From: Cyanophora paradoxa CCMP329
Taxonomy: Eukaryota; Plantae; Glaucophyta
DNA: 64,000 nucleotides
Reading direction: 5' to 3'
Assembly: GCA_004431415.1 (NCBI GenBank)
Contig: QPMI01000395.1
Location: 620,001 to 684,000 of the forward strand
Every line of letters starts with the position of its first letter. The first letter of the stretch is position 1. The notes under the pieces are model-generated. The model saw only the letters and a program-made list of their open reading frames with translations, searched no databases and was not told where the DNA came from. Positions 14,078 through 25,500 of this stretch are shown piece by piece. The translations under genes and the position numbers were made by a program.

Positions 14078-17049
14078 ATGCAAAGCAGGATCGTGCAGAC
14101 GATTCTCCTAAATATTTTGACGGCTTGCGCGCTGCTCAACCATGGCGTACGCGTCCAAGCTGAAGTCATCATCACCGACGGCGCTCCCCCCGGCGGATAT
14201 CTGGCGACCTCGACTCCAACGTGGCTGAACTCCACCGGAGAGCTAACCAAGGACTCGTTCGGCGCATGGTGCGCTCGCTGCGGCCTAACAACGCAGTTTT
14301 AATTGTAGTTATATGATTTGCGCGTCCGCTGCGTCCATGCCATGGCCGTGGCCGGATCCGGAGCCATTCATATAGTAACAGGGCCGGGGCTGGGGCAGGT
14401 CCATGACGGCGGCAACACCTGGGGATCGCGTGCAGATTGAATTCTACTCGACATCGTGCGGCGGAGGCAGTTGCGGAGGGAGTAATGTTGCGGGCGCCAC
14501 TCGGGGAGGAGAGTATATTCGTATAGTGGATATGACCTCCCCGCCTACGCTGATCGCAGCAAAGAAGGTATGACTCGGGAAAGTAAATCGAATTGCTGCT
14601 CTATAACTCGCACGCCTAATCTAGATCTCGACCGCTACAGTACACAACAAACATCTACACAAGCACGTCGGACACTCTTCTCATCATAGCAAAGATGTAC
14701 GAAACTTTGAGGTACCAATTCAGTATGACATACAAGAGCGTTCCTGCAAGCAGTGTGTTCCTCTTTTTTAAGCCCATTCTTAAGCTTCTTCCTTTCGTGC
14801 TGATTGCTTATCCGCCGTTTGCAACTGCAGCTCCGGCCAGTCCCAGGGCCGACTTGACCGATTTGACGCTGAACGATTGTTCAGGTGCCGGAGACGGCAC
14901 ATGGTCTTCGCCATCAACAAAATATGGCGGTGAGTGCACGTGCACGTGCATGAGTGTTCAGGCTCTCCCTGCCTTTGACTGTTTCTCTATGCATTGCGCG
15001 TGGAGTAGGTCCGGGGTTCGTCGCTGAGGAAATCGTGGTCGGCGCTGGAAATGTCTCAAACGCGGCCTCGATTGTTGACTTTAAGCCCGCGTCTTGTACG
15101 ACGTCGGGGTGTTCGGCCCCCGGGGTTACCGGTCAGTACACATCCTGTCTCTTTCGACTCTGGTTCGGATCCCTTTTTCTTGCGCACGTGCACGTGAAGG
15201 GCCCTTTGTTTGACAACCGGTGCCGGCGTGCTCTTTTGCTTTGGCTCTCAGGCACGTTAAACTAGGGCCGGCCGCGGATTGTCCGGGTGGCGCCCTGGCA
15301 ATAACCCTCACGGGATTGAGGGTCGCTCTCAACGGCGACGCAGTTCACGTGAGTTTGTTAGTGTTGCCATTGTTGCTGTTATGTCGCAGCGGTAGCTGTA
15401 TACGTAGCTGATCATGGACGCCCGCGCCCAGTTCATCGCAATCAATCCGAGCGCGCGAGGCACAAATCCCTCGGAGGCTCTCGCAGAGTTGCCCAGAAAT
15501 GTCACCGGAATATATACACTGCTATACTCTGCCAGCATCGATTCGCAAGGCAACACGATCACGCAATTGGCAGTGCCGAATGTTCAGTGGGGAGCGTTTT
15601 CAGGTAGCATGTACACGGCCCTTCCGAGCGGTCCGTTCAACGCGGGAACGGAGCTCCTCGTTATGTTCAACACGGACTCTGGCGACGTTGACTTCCCCTT
15701 CGGCCCCGTTGGGACACCTATTGGCTTCAACACCTCTATTACAGTCAGTGCGTCGTCGCTTCAACGTCGACGCCATGAAAGCTTGATCATACATAATTAT
15801 ATAAGCTTAAACGCTCTTTCCAATACGTACGAGCTCGAGTTCAATTAATGCTCGGCGCGCGCGCAGCTGGCTGCCCCACCCCATCTCCGTCCCCCTCTCC
15901 CTCGGCTCTGGCTACCCCATCTCCGTCCCCGATCACGAGCCCAAGCCCATCGCCGAGCTCGAGCCTGAGCCCCAGCCCTTCCGCGTCACCCTTGCCGAGC
16001 GCCAATGCTGTACCCCCGACACCGAACCCGACCACACCGCCGATATCGATCGCGAGCGCGAGTCCTACCCCGTCTCCGCAGGTGACTACGCTCTTTTCAA
16101 GATCTCTTCCATATTAATGGTGTCATGATCACGGTCGACCTTGCAATTGATATATATGCTTGCTTGAGCAGGCTGTTACTGTGGCACGTATACTTTTAAT
16201 TTGAACATGAGCGGCATCATGATCAGGTCATTCGATTCTCACCCACACGCATGCGCATACTCAGGACGCAAACAATGTCGTCGTGTACACCGTGACTCTT
16301 CCAAGAGCTTTCGCGATTGTTCCCCAGGTGTGCATCTAATTCTAATTTGAATTTCACAAGGGTCTGTTGATTCGATTTTGAGCTTCGAATTCCTGACGTG
16401 GTGTGCTGATCGCAGACCCAAGTTCTCTCAATGTCCATTCCGATGGAAGGCATCATCCCAGCAGGGCAGGCGGTCGAGGTCTTCATCACAGACGACAATT
16501 TAACCTTCAAAAAGAAGGCGGAGAACGCGGTTGTGCTTCCCGCACCAGGAGCTTCCAACGCCAACCGCACCATCCTCCAATTCAGTGAGTCCAATTGCTA
16601 CGCGGCCCGCATGCTTGGGAGCCTAAGCGTTTATTATATATATGCTCGTTTGACCGCTCGCCCGCAGCATCGCCGTCTTTTTCGCAAACAGGCCGCCGCG
16701 GGCTCCGTCAGGTCGTGGGGGTTGATGTGCGTTGCTTCAAAAATATATAAATACTGTGCTCGCGATTTCTTGGCAAAGCCTTGGAGGCTAATTCCAATCT
16801 TTCTTGCAATTGGCGCAGTACAACACTCGCATTGAGCAGCCCGGAATCGCCCCGATCGTTATTAAGAAGGTACCATTTCGCATTGTTCGAGGAAGCAACG
16901 CTTTTTGTATAATTATGTTCGCATGCATCGCGGACGCAGTCCTTCCAATGGAGCCCTGTGAGCGCCCCGGCCGCCGTCAACCCGCCTTTGATGCCTTTGC
17001 TGAACAGTGGAGCGTCCTCACGCCCCGTGCGTCGACTTTGCATCCTTAA
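14078..17049 (+). CDS. Multi-exon host gene: secreted or cell-surface protein with a Ser/Pro-rich stalk (3' end approximate)
   Basis: Signal-peptide-like start MQSRIVQTILLNILTACALLNHGVRVQA. Short coding-like exons lie between GT...AG introns, and a (SP)n exon lies at ~15866-16081. Confidence 0.55.
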
Positions 17050-18029
17050 GCTTGCCGGGCGATGCAAATTCGCTGCCACAACTCTAACTGACCTCTTTTC
17101 GGAATCGATCGTGCTCGTACGTGCGCAGGGACTCGGGCTCATTTGCATTTGGTTCTTTGTGAGCGTTGCGCTCGCTGGGCTTGCGAAGCTATACAACAGG
17201 CCTGTCTAATTATGCAGTCCAATTGATATAATAGCTGACATAGTTTGGATATGCCTGCGTTCCGGCAATAAATCGCTCTGCAGACGTCCTAGACCTGTTT
17301 CGCCCAGAGCTGCGATTTAGGCTACGGCAATCTGTCGATAGGACACATCCTCAGGCCAGAGGAGATGCTTTCGTATTTTCGTTTTTTTCTGTTGCTAGGT
17401 TGCAGTATACGAGATTAGTTAGTGTTCGAATTCCGGCGCCATTCCTAATGTGCACCGATATCGATGATTGTCCGTCGCTTGTATACGTAATGCATGATCA
17501 TGAGTGTCATTGCGAAGTGTCGAGATTATAATCAATTGTTTCGAGTTGGACATATTCATGATCAGCAATTGCAAGTACTAGTCGCTCCACTGTCTCAGAT
17601 CTAGAGCATCAGCTGCAGAGCAGACTAGTATATGTACTCAGGCGCCCCACCGGTACCAGTCGATATCGCTGGCCGGATCCGACGTCGACGGGGCGGCTCA
17701 TGTTTGATTTTCACACGATCAGAAGTTATTTCCAGTTTCGAGCATCCAGATCAGGGCGCGCGGCAGTATTGGGCATGCATATGCAGATCAGTTACATTGG
17801 GAGAGTGGGCGCCGGCGGACTATGATGGATGGCGCTTTAGAGCGCTAGCGAAGAATTCGAAGGAGATACCGGAAATAAATCAAATCAAATCAAAGATGCC
17901 GGAAATGCGAAGATCTAGAGGTATTACAAATCAAAAGCGGAGATAAATTCAAAATCAGCCGCCGTTCAACACGATACATGCAGATTCACGCGATTGGCCA
18001 TGGCCATGATATGAACTCGGAATGTCTGC

Positions 18030-18081
18030 TCACAGGAAGGGCGGCGCCGGCGGCCCGAGGGCGGCGACGAGGGCGGCGGCG
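18030..18081 (-). pseudogene. Orphaned original 3' end (AAALVAALGPPAPPFL*) of the sacsin-like gene, separated by the viral insertion
   Basis: Matches the uninterrupted paralog end at ~61089-61142 (AAAAAALVAALGPPPLL*). The adjacent 3' flank (17951-17992) also matches 61173-61214 in reverse complement. Confidence 0.85.
18076..18081 (+). repeat. Left target-site duplication GCGGCG
   Basis: Identical to 45451-45456. The joined flanks give (GGC)8 versus (GGC)6 in the empty paralog, a 6-bp gain. Confidence 0.85.
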
Positions 18082-18389
18082 ACACATATACAACGCCCGG
18101 CTTTTAGACCTCGGCTAATTTAAATTGATATCGTTAGTATATAACCTGTATTTATAATAGATCTAACGTGAATATGTGTGTGTTTTATCTGTTATATGTA
18201 TTTATTTTATCGTGAGTTATAGCTTCTTTTTAATAAAATATGTGAAATATGTATAGTTTATGTGAAGTTTAGCTATATTCTCGATGAGTAGACTTATATA
18301 TCTCGTGAGATTCATTATAGTTTAGGTGTGACTCAACTTAGTTTAATTATAACTTGCCTCAGTCTAAAAGCCGGGCGTTGTATATGTGT
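18082..18389. repeat. Terminal fold-back: 28-bp perfect inverted repeat (18082-18109 / 18362-18389) around an AT-rich core
   Basis: ACACATATACAACGCCCGGCTTTTAGAC ... GTCTAAAAGCCGGGCGTTGTATATGTGT; mirrored at 45143-45450. Confidence 0.92.
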
Positions 18390-18552
18390 GTTGTTCTGAA
18401 TTTTCAATATAAAAGCGACGATCATGCGTCGTTTCATCAAAAACAACTACCATGAGCTGCATGGAACGTTCTGTATGCGGCTCTCTATAAAACAAAGTAG
18501 ATCTATGATATATTATAATTGATTCTTTTGTATTTTAATTGGTCTTATTCAG

Positions 18553-18925
18553 TGTTACAGGTGTTACAGGTTTATCCCAAAGTCCGCCCTAGGAGTGGGG
18601 TCTTGGTTCCCGAGTTTGGGCAAGACCTGTAACACCTGTAACAACGTAAACAATTATCGTGTGCTGCATAAAACATTTCGCGCGCATCGAAAATATGTGA
18701 TAGTGAATAGTTTCGCACTGAAAACGATACGAAATTGATCGTTATAATACAAAAATAATTACTACTGATATTATTATGATATACTAAGACTGATATTTTG
18801 TTGTTTTAATAGGTTCTTACTGAATTAGGTCAGTGTTACAGGTGTTACAGGTTCATCCCAAACTTTGCCCTAGGAGGGGGTGGGGGATAGGAAACTTTGG
18901 GATAGACCTGTAACACCTGTAACAC
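18553..18925. repeat. Two type-B iteron hairpins (TGTTACAGG x2 ... CCTGTAACA x2) at 18553-18643 and 18833-18925
   Basis: 19-20-bp perfect arms around 53-nt spacers containing GCCCTAGGAG.GGGG; mirrored at ~44607-44979. Confidence 0.9.
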
Positions 18926-18984
18926 CTTACTGATTAGCACGTAAATGCATGAGTTTCGCATCGAGATCGTGCGGCTACACATAG

Positions 18985-19680
18985 AAACTACGCAATTTAC
19001 CGCAACTACTCAAAGAAACTACGCAATTTAATACCGGGAACTACTGAAAAGATACCAAAACTACGCAACTACGCAACTTTCAGAAAAAGTTTGAAACTCG
19101 GGGCGGGAAAAATTTAGAAAAGTGAAAAACTTGCGTAGTTGCGTAGTTTTGGTTTCGTTTGCGTAGTTTTGGTTTCGAATTGCGTAGTTTTTCAGGGGAA
19201 GTTGAGTAGTTTCAAGTAGTTTATATATTATAAAGTAGTTTCTTATTAATATCAATATGATTCTATGATATATACCATGATTTCTCTACTGAAAAGAGCG
19301 CCGGCATACTACAAGGGAAGCTACGCGATAGTTTCGCACTGAAACACGACCGTTTTATAGGCTACGCAATAGTCTCGCACCTAAATGCATGCGGACTCCC
19401 GGTAGACTACGCAATTTAACGTAACTACGCATGAAAACTACGCAATCTGATCGCTTTTAATACCGAAAACTACACATTTAATACCAAAACTACGCAACTA
19501 CGCAACTTTCTGAAAAAGTTTAGAAGTTGGCGGGGAAAAAAAATTAGAAAAGTGAAAAACTTGCGTAGTTGCGTAGTTTTGGTATTAATGGCGTAGTTTC
19601 CGGTATTAAGTTGCGTAGTTTAACATAGGTAGTTGAGTAGTTTAAAGTAGTTTTTATTAATTATAAAGTAGTTTATTATT
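18985..19680. repeat. Two type-C iteron hairpins (ACTACGCA repeats) at 19054-19153 and 19478-19588, with flanking iteron copies
   Basis: Arms ACCAAAACTACGCAACTACGCAA / TTGCGTAGTTGCGTAGTTTTGGT around 54-55-nt spacers; mirrored at ~43944-44478. Confidence 0.9.
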
Positions 19681-19864
19681 TATCTTATTGTTATCAGTCT
19701 GAGACTCTATGAAAATCGATTGACCTTAGTGTGAAACAGTGCGCCCCGCCCACTATGCAAGATACATGCCTTTCTTATGCATGATCTATGAAAAATAACA
19801 ATAAACCCAGTCGTCAGACAAGCTGCCTTGGCTGCGCCTCTCTCATTCTTCGAATTCGAATTCT

Positions 19865-20128
19865 TTACATAGGAGCACTCGCAGTTATCTCGCTCATTTT
19901 TACCACAGTCCCGCGATTAAAAGCTTGCTCTACAATCGCTTCCTTTGTGAGTGGAATTGGAATCCCAGCAGCAATACAGGATTGAACTTCTTTGGCTACA
20001 ATGTCATCAGTTGCCGACATTGCACGACTTTTCACTACATTCGTAATCCATTCAGCTGGGGAGAACGCAATATATTCCATTGCTGACTTTTCTGTATTCG
20101 ATAAAATCACTTCGTATATGTTCGACAT
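19865..20128 (-). CDS. Small protein resembling those found after C1q-type tail fibres in phages (possible fibre chaperone or partner), 87 aa
   Basis: Pattern YEVILSNTEKSAMEYIA...EWITNVVKSRA..A.DDIV..EV..C.A.G..IP..K.AIV.QAF..G.V; lies immediately downstream of the C1q gene. Recognised by eye. Confidence 0.55.
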   Translation of the reverse strand: MSNIYEVILSNTEKSAMEYIAFSPAEWITNVVKSRAMSATDDIVAKEVQSCIAAGIPIPLTKEAIVEQAFNRGTVVKMSEITASAPM

Positions 20129-20150
20129 TCTCTACTCTAAGGAAACAAAA

Positions 20151-21062
20151 TTAATCGATGGCGGTTAGCATGGCTATATAAAATCCACATCTGTCTCCCC
20201 ATACATTCTGAACCCACAGCTCTACATAATCCCCCGGAGAAAGTTCTGCTATTCCTCCTGTCTGCATACCTATCCAGGTCCCAGCAGGATTCGCATTGAA
20301 TCTAAATTGACTCACCGTAGAGCCATTTATTTTTATTTCAAGCAGTGATATGCCACTCGAAACATTCGCTGATAAAGAAGACCCCAAAAGAATGTATATT
20401 CCTTTTGTCTGACATGTGAAACGACCATCAGTAAACGTTGATGTCCCAAGCCTTGAAAAACCAGTAGTATAACTGTTGAATTTAATAAATGTGCTTCCTG
20501 ATGCAAGTGCTGCGGTTCCATATCTTCCCATCATTGGGTGACTATTCATTTTAACATTGCCACTGAATGTGCCAGTGGTTCCAGTAACTCCTCCATTTGC
20601 TGTAAGAAGCCCTGAGAAAGTCCCAGTGCTTCCATTTACTCCTCCACTTGCTGTGAGTAATCCAGTAAATGAGCCTGTCCCACTAACTGTCGCATTCCCA
20701 TTCACCCCCAAGCCAGTCCCGATCCATGCCCCGCCACTGTAAACTTGGAAAGCCGCCGAATTCCTATCAGCCGGATTAAAAGCCGTTTTGGAATCCTGTT
20801 GACCTTCATATAGATTTTCTTTGGTGACCAGCCCCGAAGAGATTGCGGGTCGATTCGATACGATCATTTGAGTAGCTTTAACGAGTCCATCAATCTTGTC
20901 AGCTCTGAGTTCTTTGACTCTGAGTATGCTTTGGTCATTAAAAGAATCGGTTTTCGCTGTCTCAGTCGAAGGGTGGCTCGGAGATAAATCATAGACTGTG
21001 TGTTGGACATTATGGACAGCACTTGCACTCAAAGAAAACACAGGCGTGAATACAGTTGACAT
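20151..21062 (-). CDS. Fibre-like protein with a C-terminal C1q/TNF-like head, 303 aa
   Basis: GTFSGLLTANGG shaft repeats, then DGRFTCQTKGIY...IKING...ELSPGDYVELWV, the typical gC1q pattern. Confidence 0.75.
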   Translation of the reverse strand: MSTVFTPVFSLSASAVHNVQHTVYDLSPSHPSTETAKTDSFNDQSILRVKELRADKIDGLVKATQMIVSNRPAISSGLVTKENLYEGQQDSKTAFNPADRNSAAFQVYSGGAWIGTGLGVNGNATVSGTGSFTGLLTASGGVNGSTGTFSGLLTANGGVTGTTGTFSGNVKMNSHPMMGRYGTAALASGSTFIKFNSYTTGFSRLGTSTFTDGRFTCQTKGIYILLGSSLSANVSSGISLLEIKINGSTVSQFRFNANPAGTWIGMQTGGIAELSPGDYVELWVQNVWGDRCGFYIAMLTAID

Positions 21063-21083
21063 CTTTTGATTGTTCTTTACTTA

Positions 21084-22547
21084 TTAAGCGAGAATATTAT
21101 TGTTTTGGAGAGGTCCGACAGCAATCCAATGGAGTTTAAGGGTGCGATTTGCTGCTGTGACATTTGTGAAATTAGTCGATGCGAAAGCTGTGAATCTAAC
21201 GATCCATGTAAACTTAGTTTTTAGTCCTACTCTCTCATTATTAACATACTCAGGTCCGATATACACACAGTTGGTCATTTCCCAATTTACAGAGTTGTAG
21301 CTATTCTCGATAGAGGTAGTAATCACTGCATCACTATAAAATGGGGTAGAGAATACGACCGTTCCCGATAACTGAAAGGTCTCTCCTGCATTGTATATTC
21401 TATTTTCCAAAACTACATTCGCTGTCCCTTGTTGCACATATGCATTTGGATTCACATAATTACCGAAATTCGTGAGCAACTCTATGCTGTGATTGTGAGT
21501 AGGTGGCGAAGTAGGTGTGTTAATTAAATCGTCATAGTTCCCGCTTGTAGCCACAGCATGCAAGTTTGGTGTATTAACTAAATCTGTATAGCTCCCACTT
21601 GTAGCCACAGCATGCAAGGTCGGTGCAATAGGGGTGTTAGTTAAATCGTTGTAATCACCACTTGTGGCAACAGCATGCAAATTCGGCTTAGTAAATAACC
21701 TATCCCATGTCCCATTGAAAGGGAGTGTAGATTCTGATATAATTACACCTTGATCAATCCAACGAGGTATATAGCTTGTGAAATCGGGAGGATTTACAAG
21801 ATCATAGTAATTTCCTGTGTATGCTACACTACTCCAAGTCGGCTTCTGAATGATATCACTCCACTTCCCACTAAAACCCGCCGGCACATCTGTAAGCTCT
21901 TTATAGCTCACCTTTTGCTTCGGTATAGAGAGCTCGATGGGCGAGAATGCACCCGAAAGGCGATTTTCAGAGGTGAAATACATGAGACTTTGACTGTTAG
22001 GGAACTCATCCACGAGATTAAAGGTGAAATTCGTGGGCAATTCGAGTCGACTAATTGGGGTGTTGTCGCCTAATATAAATTCGGCGCCTGTATGCACGAC
22101 CGGATTTCTTTGGATATACATATTTGATGCACCTATTACAGGTGCTACTATGGGCACATCCGAATTAACGAGATTGCAAGTGATGGAGAAAATGGTTTTG
22201 GGGGCAAACAGATTGCAATCAAAGGTTATCGTGGCGGGATCAATAGTAGGATCGACATTTGAACAGATCTGAAACATCCACCCACCCACACAGTTGCAAT
22301 TTAGATTTCGAAAGGCTGTGCCTGCCATCGCATCCACATAGCCGATCCCATTTGCAATGTCATAGATGTGACCAAACTCGTAACCGAAAAGGTCATTCCA
22401 TAGGTTAGAAGCCATAGCTCCCATCACATAGCCTTTTAGATTAACAATTAGGTCATTGGATTCACTGGGTATATTGGCATGGGTTATATAAAATTGATTA
22501 TCCAATACAGCATTCTTTACTGTCGTTTCTACTATGGGTTCCGTCAT
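21084..22547 (-). CDS. Tail-fibre-like protein with LHAVATSGxYxDLxNxP repeats and a C-terminal H-type-lectin/gp53-like domain, 487 aa
   Basis: Three tandem LHAVATSG(D/S/N)YxDL.NTP repeats (~21516-21682) plus degenerate copies; C-terminus GTVVFSTPF...LHWIAVG. Confidence 0.7.
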   Translation of the reverse strand: MTEPIVETTVKNAVLDNQFYITHANIPSESNDLIVNLKGYVMGAMASNLWNDLFGYEFGHIYDIANGIGYVDAMAGTAFRNLNCNCVGGWMFQICSNVDPTIDPATITFDCNLFAPKTIFSITCNLVNSDVPIVAPVIGASNMYIQRNPVVHTGAEFILGDNTPISRLELPTNFTFNLVDEFPNSQSLMYFTSENRLSGAFSPIELSIPKQKVSYKELTDVPAGFSGKWSDIIQKPTWSSVAYTGNYYDLVNPPDFTSYIPRWIDQGVIISESTLPFNGTWDRLFTKPNLHAVATSGDYNDLTNTPIAPTLHAVATSGSYTDLVNTPNLHAVATSGNYDDLINTPTSPPTHNHSIELLTNFGNYVNPNAYVQQGTANVVLENRIYNAGETFQLSGTVVFSTPFYSDAVITTSIENSYNSVNWEMTNCVYIGPEYVNNERVGLKTKFTWIVRFTAFASTNFTNVTAANRTLKLHWIAVGPLQNNNILA

Positions 22548-22576
22548 TATTTCTCTATTATGGCATTCTACAAAAA

Positions 22577-25500
22577 TTAAGGTCGCATTGGGAGAAGCTC
22601 GTATGTTCTGCCCTCTCGTTGTGCAATTTCCGCCATAAAGTCTGCATTTTCATTCATTATTGATTCAGCCATTCGTTCTGCTCGTGATTTTTTGGGTGCT
22701 GCCCTACTTGCTGGTGGTTGATCAGTTCTCACAACACTAAGACCATGCCCCTCGGCTGACCTCACCTCTAACCCCACATCTCCTTCGGCTGTTTGGGTCA
22801 CATTAAGCTCTGGTGTTGAGTATTTATTACCTGCTCCTGCAATGGTTCTGTCTATGCAAGCACAACATAGAGCTCGGAATTTGTATGCAAGCACAAGTCC
22901 AAGAGCACCGAGAATCGGCAAGAGAATGAGAAGCACTAACGTTCCTGGATCCATTCCTGGCGATCCGACTGGATTTGTAGGATTTGAGGGATTATTAGGT
23001 GTCGTGTTCGGATCTGGATCAGTTGTAGGGGGATCTTTTGAATCGGGATCTGGCTTAGGTGTGTTTGGATTGGGATCGTTTGGTGGCGGTTCTGTCGACC
23101 CTGCTAATGATGTCGGCGCTGTGTATGCATTCGCAAACACGATGGGAGCCGTTGCTGGATTTCCTGTTGAAGACCCTGTAATTGCACCATAGGTATCTGA
23201 GAGATATTTATATAATTCCTTTGTCACAGGTGGATTGCTCACAGATCGGCACACCCAAATATTGCATGTAGTATCATAGACTGTGTCCCTGATAAATGGC
23301 GGTAGAGCTGTCCCACTAAATGACTCAAAGAGCCCATTTCTCGATAGCAACCTATGGGCTGCATCACAGTTCCCACCCTCGAAATATTTGGTAGCCGAAA
23401 TTGCACCTTGCACATAAATATTGCAAGTCGAGTGCATTCCGATGCTATTTAGGTTGGGAGTGTATCTATCATCGAGCCGGACAGTGCACACCCATGGGGA
23501 AGCGGTTTTAATATATTTCTTATCGCCCACTTCGATTACATCTGTATTTGGGTGGCTGTCAAGCTGAGTCCAAACAGCATCATATCTGAAAGTGTAATAA
23601 ACTAAGAGACCATCTGTGGACGATGTGAAAGCAAAGAAGGTCATAAAGTCCGTGGATCCAAAGAAGTCAGCATTGGTCGATGTAAGGGTGACTCTGGGAT
23701 AGCTCATGTTGACAGTCTCAGAAGGGTATGGAATATATGAGGTGTAATTGCGATTGAAAAGATAATAGTGAAATCCATCTGAGACATTCGAGTGAGTGGG
23801 CAAGGTGACTGATAAGGTCTTACTTCGATTCTCAAACGTGTTCTGTATGACAATATTGCAAGTATTAATATATCGAGAATCGAAAAAGTAATTATTCGTT
23901 ACTCGATTATCGATCAGAGTTGCATTGGTTCCATTAAATACGAAATTCTGCCCATTTATTCTCGTAGTATGGAGGTCGGTCACATCGAGAGGATACCTTA
24001 TTTTCAAGCGGTCTTCGGGGTCAAATCGCGGAATAGTTCCTGTTGCCTTCCAATTGATAGTAAAGGGAGGAGAAAGGGACACAGGTGGGATCGCTGAAAG
24101 ATTAAATTTCGCAAAATACAACCCAACAGGATATGCTGTAAGAGCATATGTCACTGTTGCATTTCCGACAAGTGTGAAGCCGGTGGTTGTTATGTTAGTT
24201 GCAACAAATGGGGAGTAGCCGGCTGGTGCATTGTTAATAGAGGTGGTCGACCCATTATTGATCACATACAAATTCGTGTCAGTTATTTCAATAGTAGGAG
24301 GGGAAACAAATGGTGTCTCAAATGTGAAATTAAAATTCGCTGGAACCGCTGCAAGGTATCTATATGTTGTTGCTGATATCTCGGATGCCTGGAATACTTT
24401 GCTTCCCCTCTGCACTACATTACTGGTGTCTTTCACATTGTGATAGGATATACTGGGAGTTGGGGAGAGCACCAACGAAATAGCATCTGGTAAATCAGAC
24501 TTTGTTATATACAGTTCTCTGAGAAACTCCTTTCTAAAAGGGGCGGTCAGTTCTCCAATAGTAGCCGATGATCCTGCGACCACAATATTACAGGTGTTTG
24601 CATTCAAAGAATAAACTGTGTTCCACCTTCAAGAATTCGCCCCAAGATCCAAATTCTGTGAGAAGGGCACGATATTGCTACCCTGTAAATCGCGGTAAAT
24701 CTTTACTCTGGGTTTGCTATCGAATTCAGGGGTGATATAATTGATGTTAAGAGTGAAACTAATAGTAGCTTCGGAACTCAATGAGTTGTTTCGGATGATA
24801 AGTAAATTGTATGTCTCGTTAATGACAAACGAAACCTGAAACCCTGTGGAGGTGACATTTTGGATAAACGCTTTATTAGATTCATTATTGTTAGTGATAG
24901 GATTATAATAAGTTGTGTGATCCACCAATGAAACAGTGGGTATATTCGTCTCGAAACCTGTGACACCCAACTGATCCCAAGTGAATGTATATGTAGGTTT
25001 GCCTACGTAAGCGACATAGACCCCATTTGCGAGCTGCTGAGGGTATCCCTCGACAGTGTAGGTCTCAGTTCGCGAAACTGAGCGGGAAAGATTGCTGTTA
25101 AAGTCGTTGTAGCTGATAAGAGCTCTCTCATCAGTGGGTAAATCACTGGGTCGGACTGAGTGATTGAAAGGCAAGATTATGTTACTTGTCTTTGAGGTCG
25201 TGCTATAAAGGTTGGTCGTGTGCAAGTCATCAAACCACCCATCATAGGCATACACATTGAGCCATTTCTTAACAGAATCAGTGTTAGATTGCCCGAGATT
25301 AAACTGATGATTGAGCAAAGGCACCAAATCGCGGGATAAATACATGATCGCATCAGTGATGGTCATTGCACCTGTTAAAACAGCGAGTCCTGCTGTGTTT
25401 GCTGCGGTAGCAATTGATAAACCCGAGATTTCGAGATCCTGGGCTACATCTCGCTCGTTTCTTGTGAATCGCTCACTATAAAACTCCTTTACAAGGTCGA

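Larger units (their letters stand above)
18082..19769 (+). repeat. Left terminal inverted repeat (1,688 bp)
   Basis: Starts ACACATATACAACGCCCGG and ends CAAGATACATGC. It is the reverse complement of 43763-45450, with only a few mismatches seen (18409-18415, 18477, 18833). Confidence 0.97.

Noticed and set aside
19061-19255. 64-aa ORF duplicated at 44277-44471
   Set aside because: It simply translates the iteron hairpin in each TIR and has no coding signature.
18985-19680. ACTACGCA repeats as a CRISPR array or telomere
   Set aside because: The repeats are short, arranged as inverted arms and lack unique regular spacers. No cas genes are present, and they lie inside TIRs.
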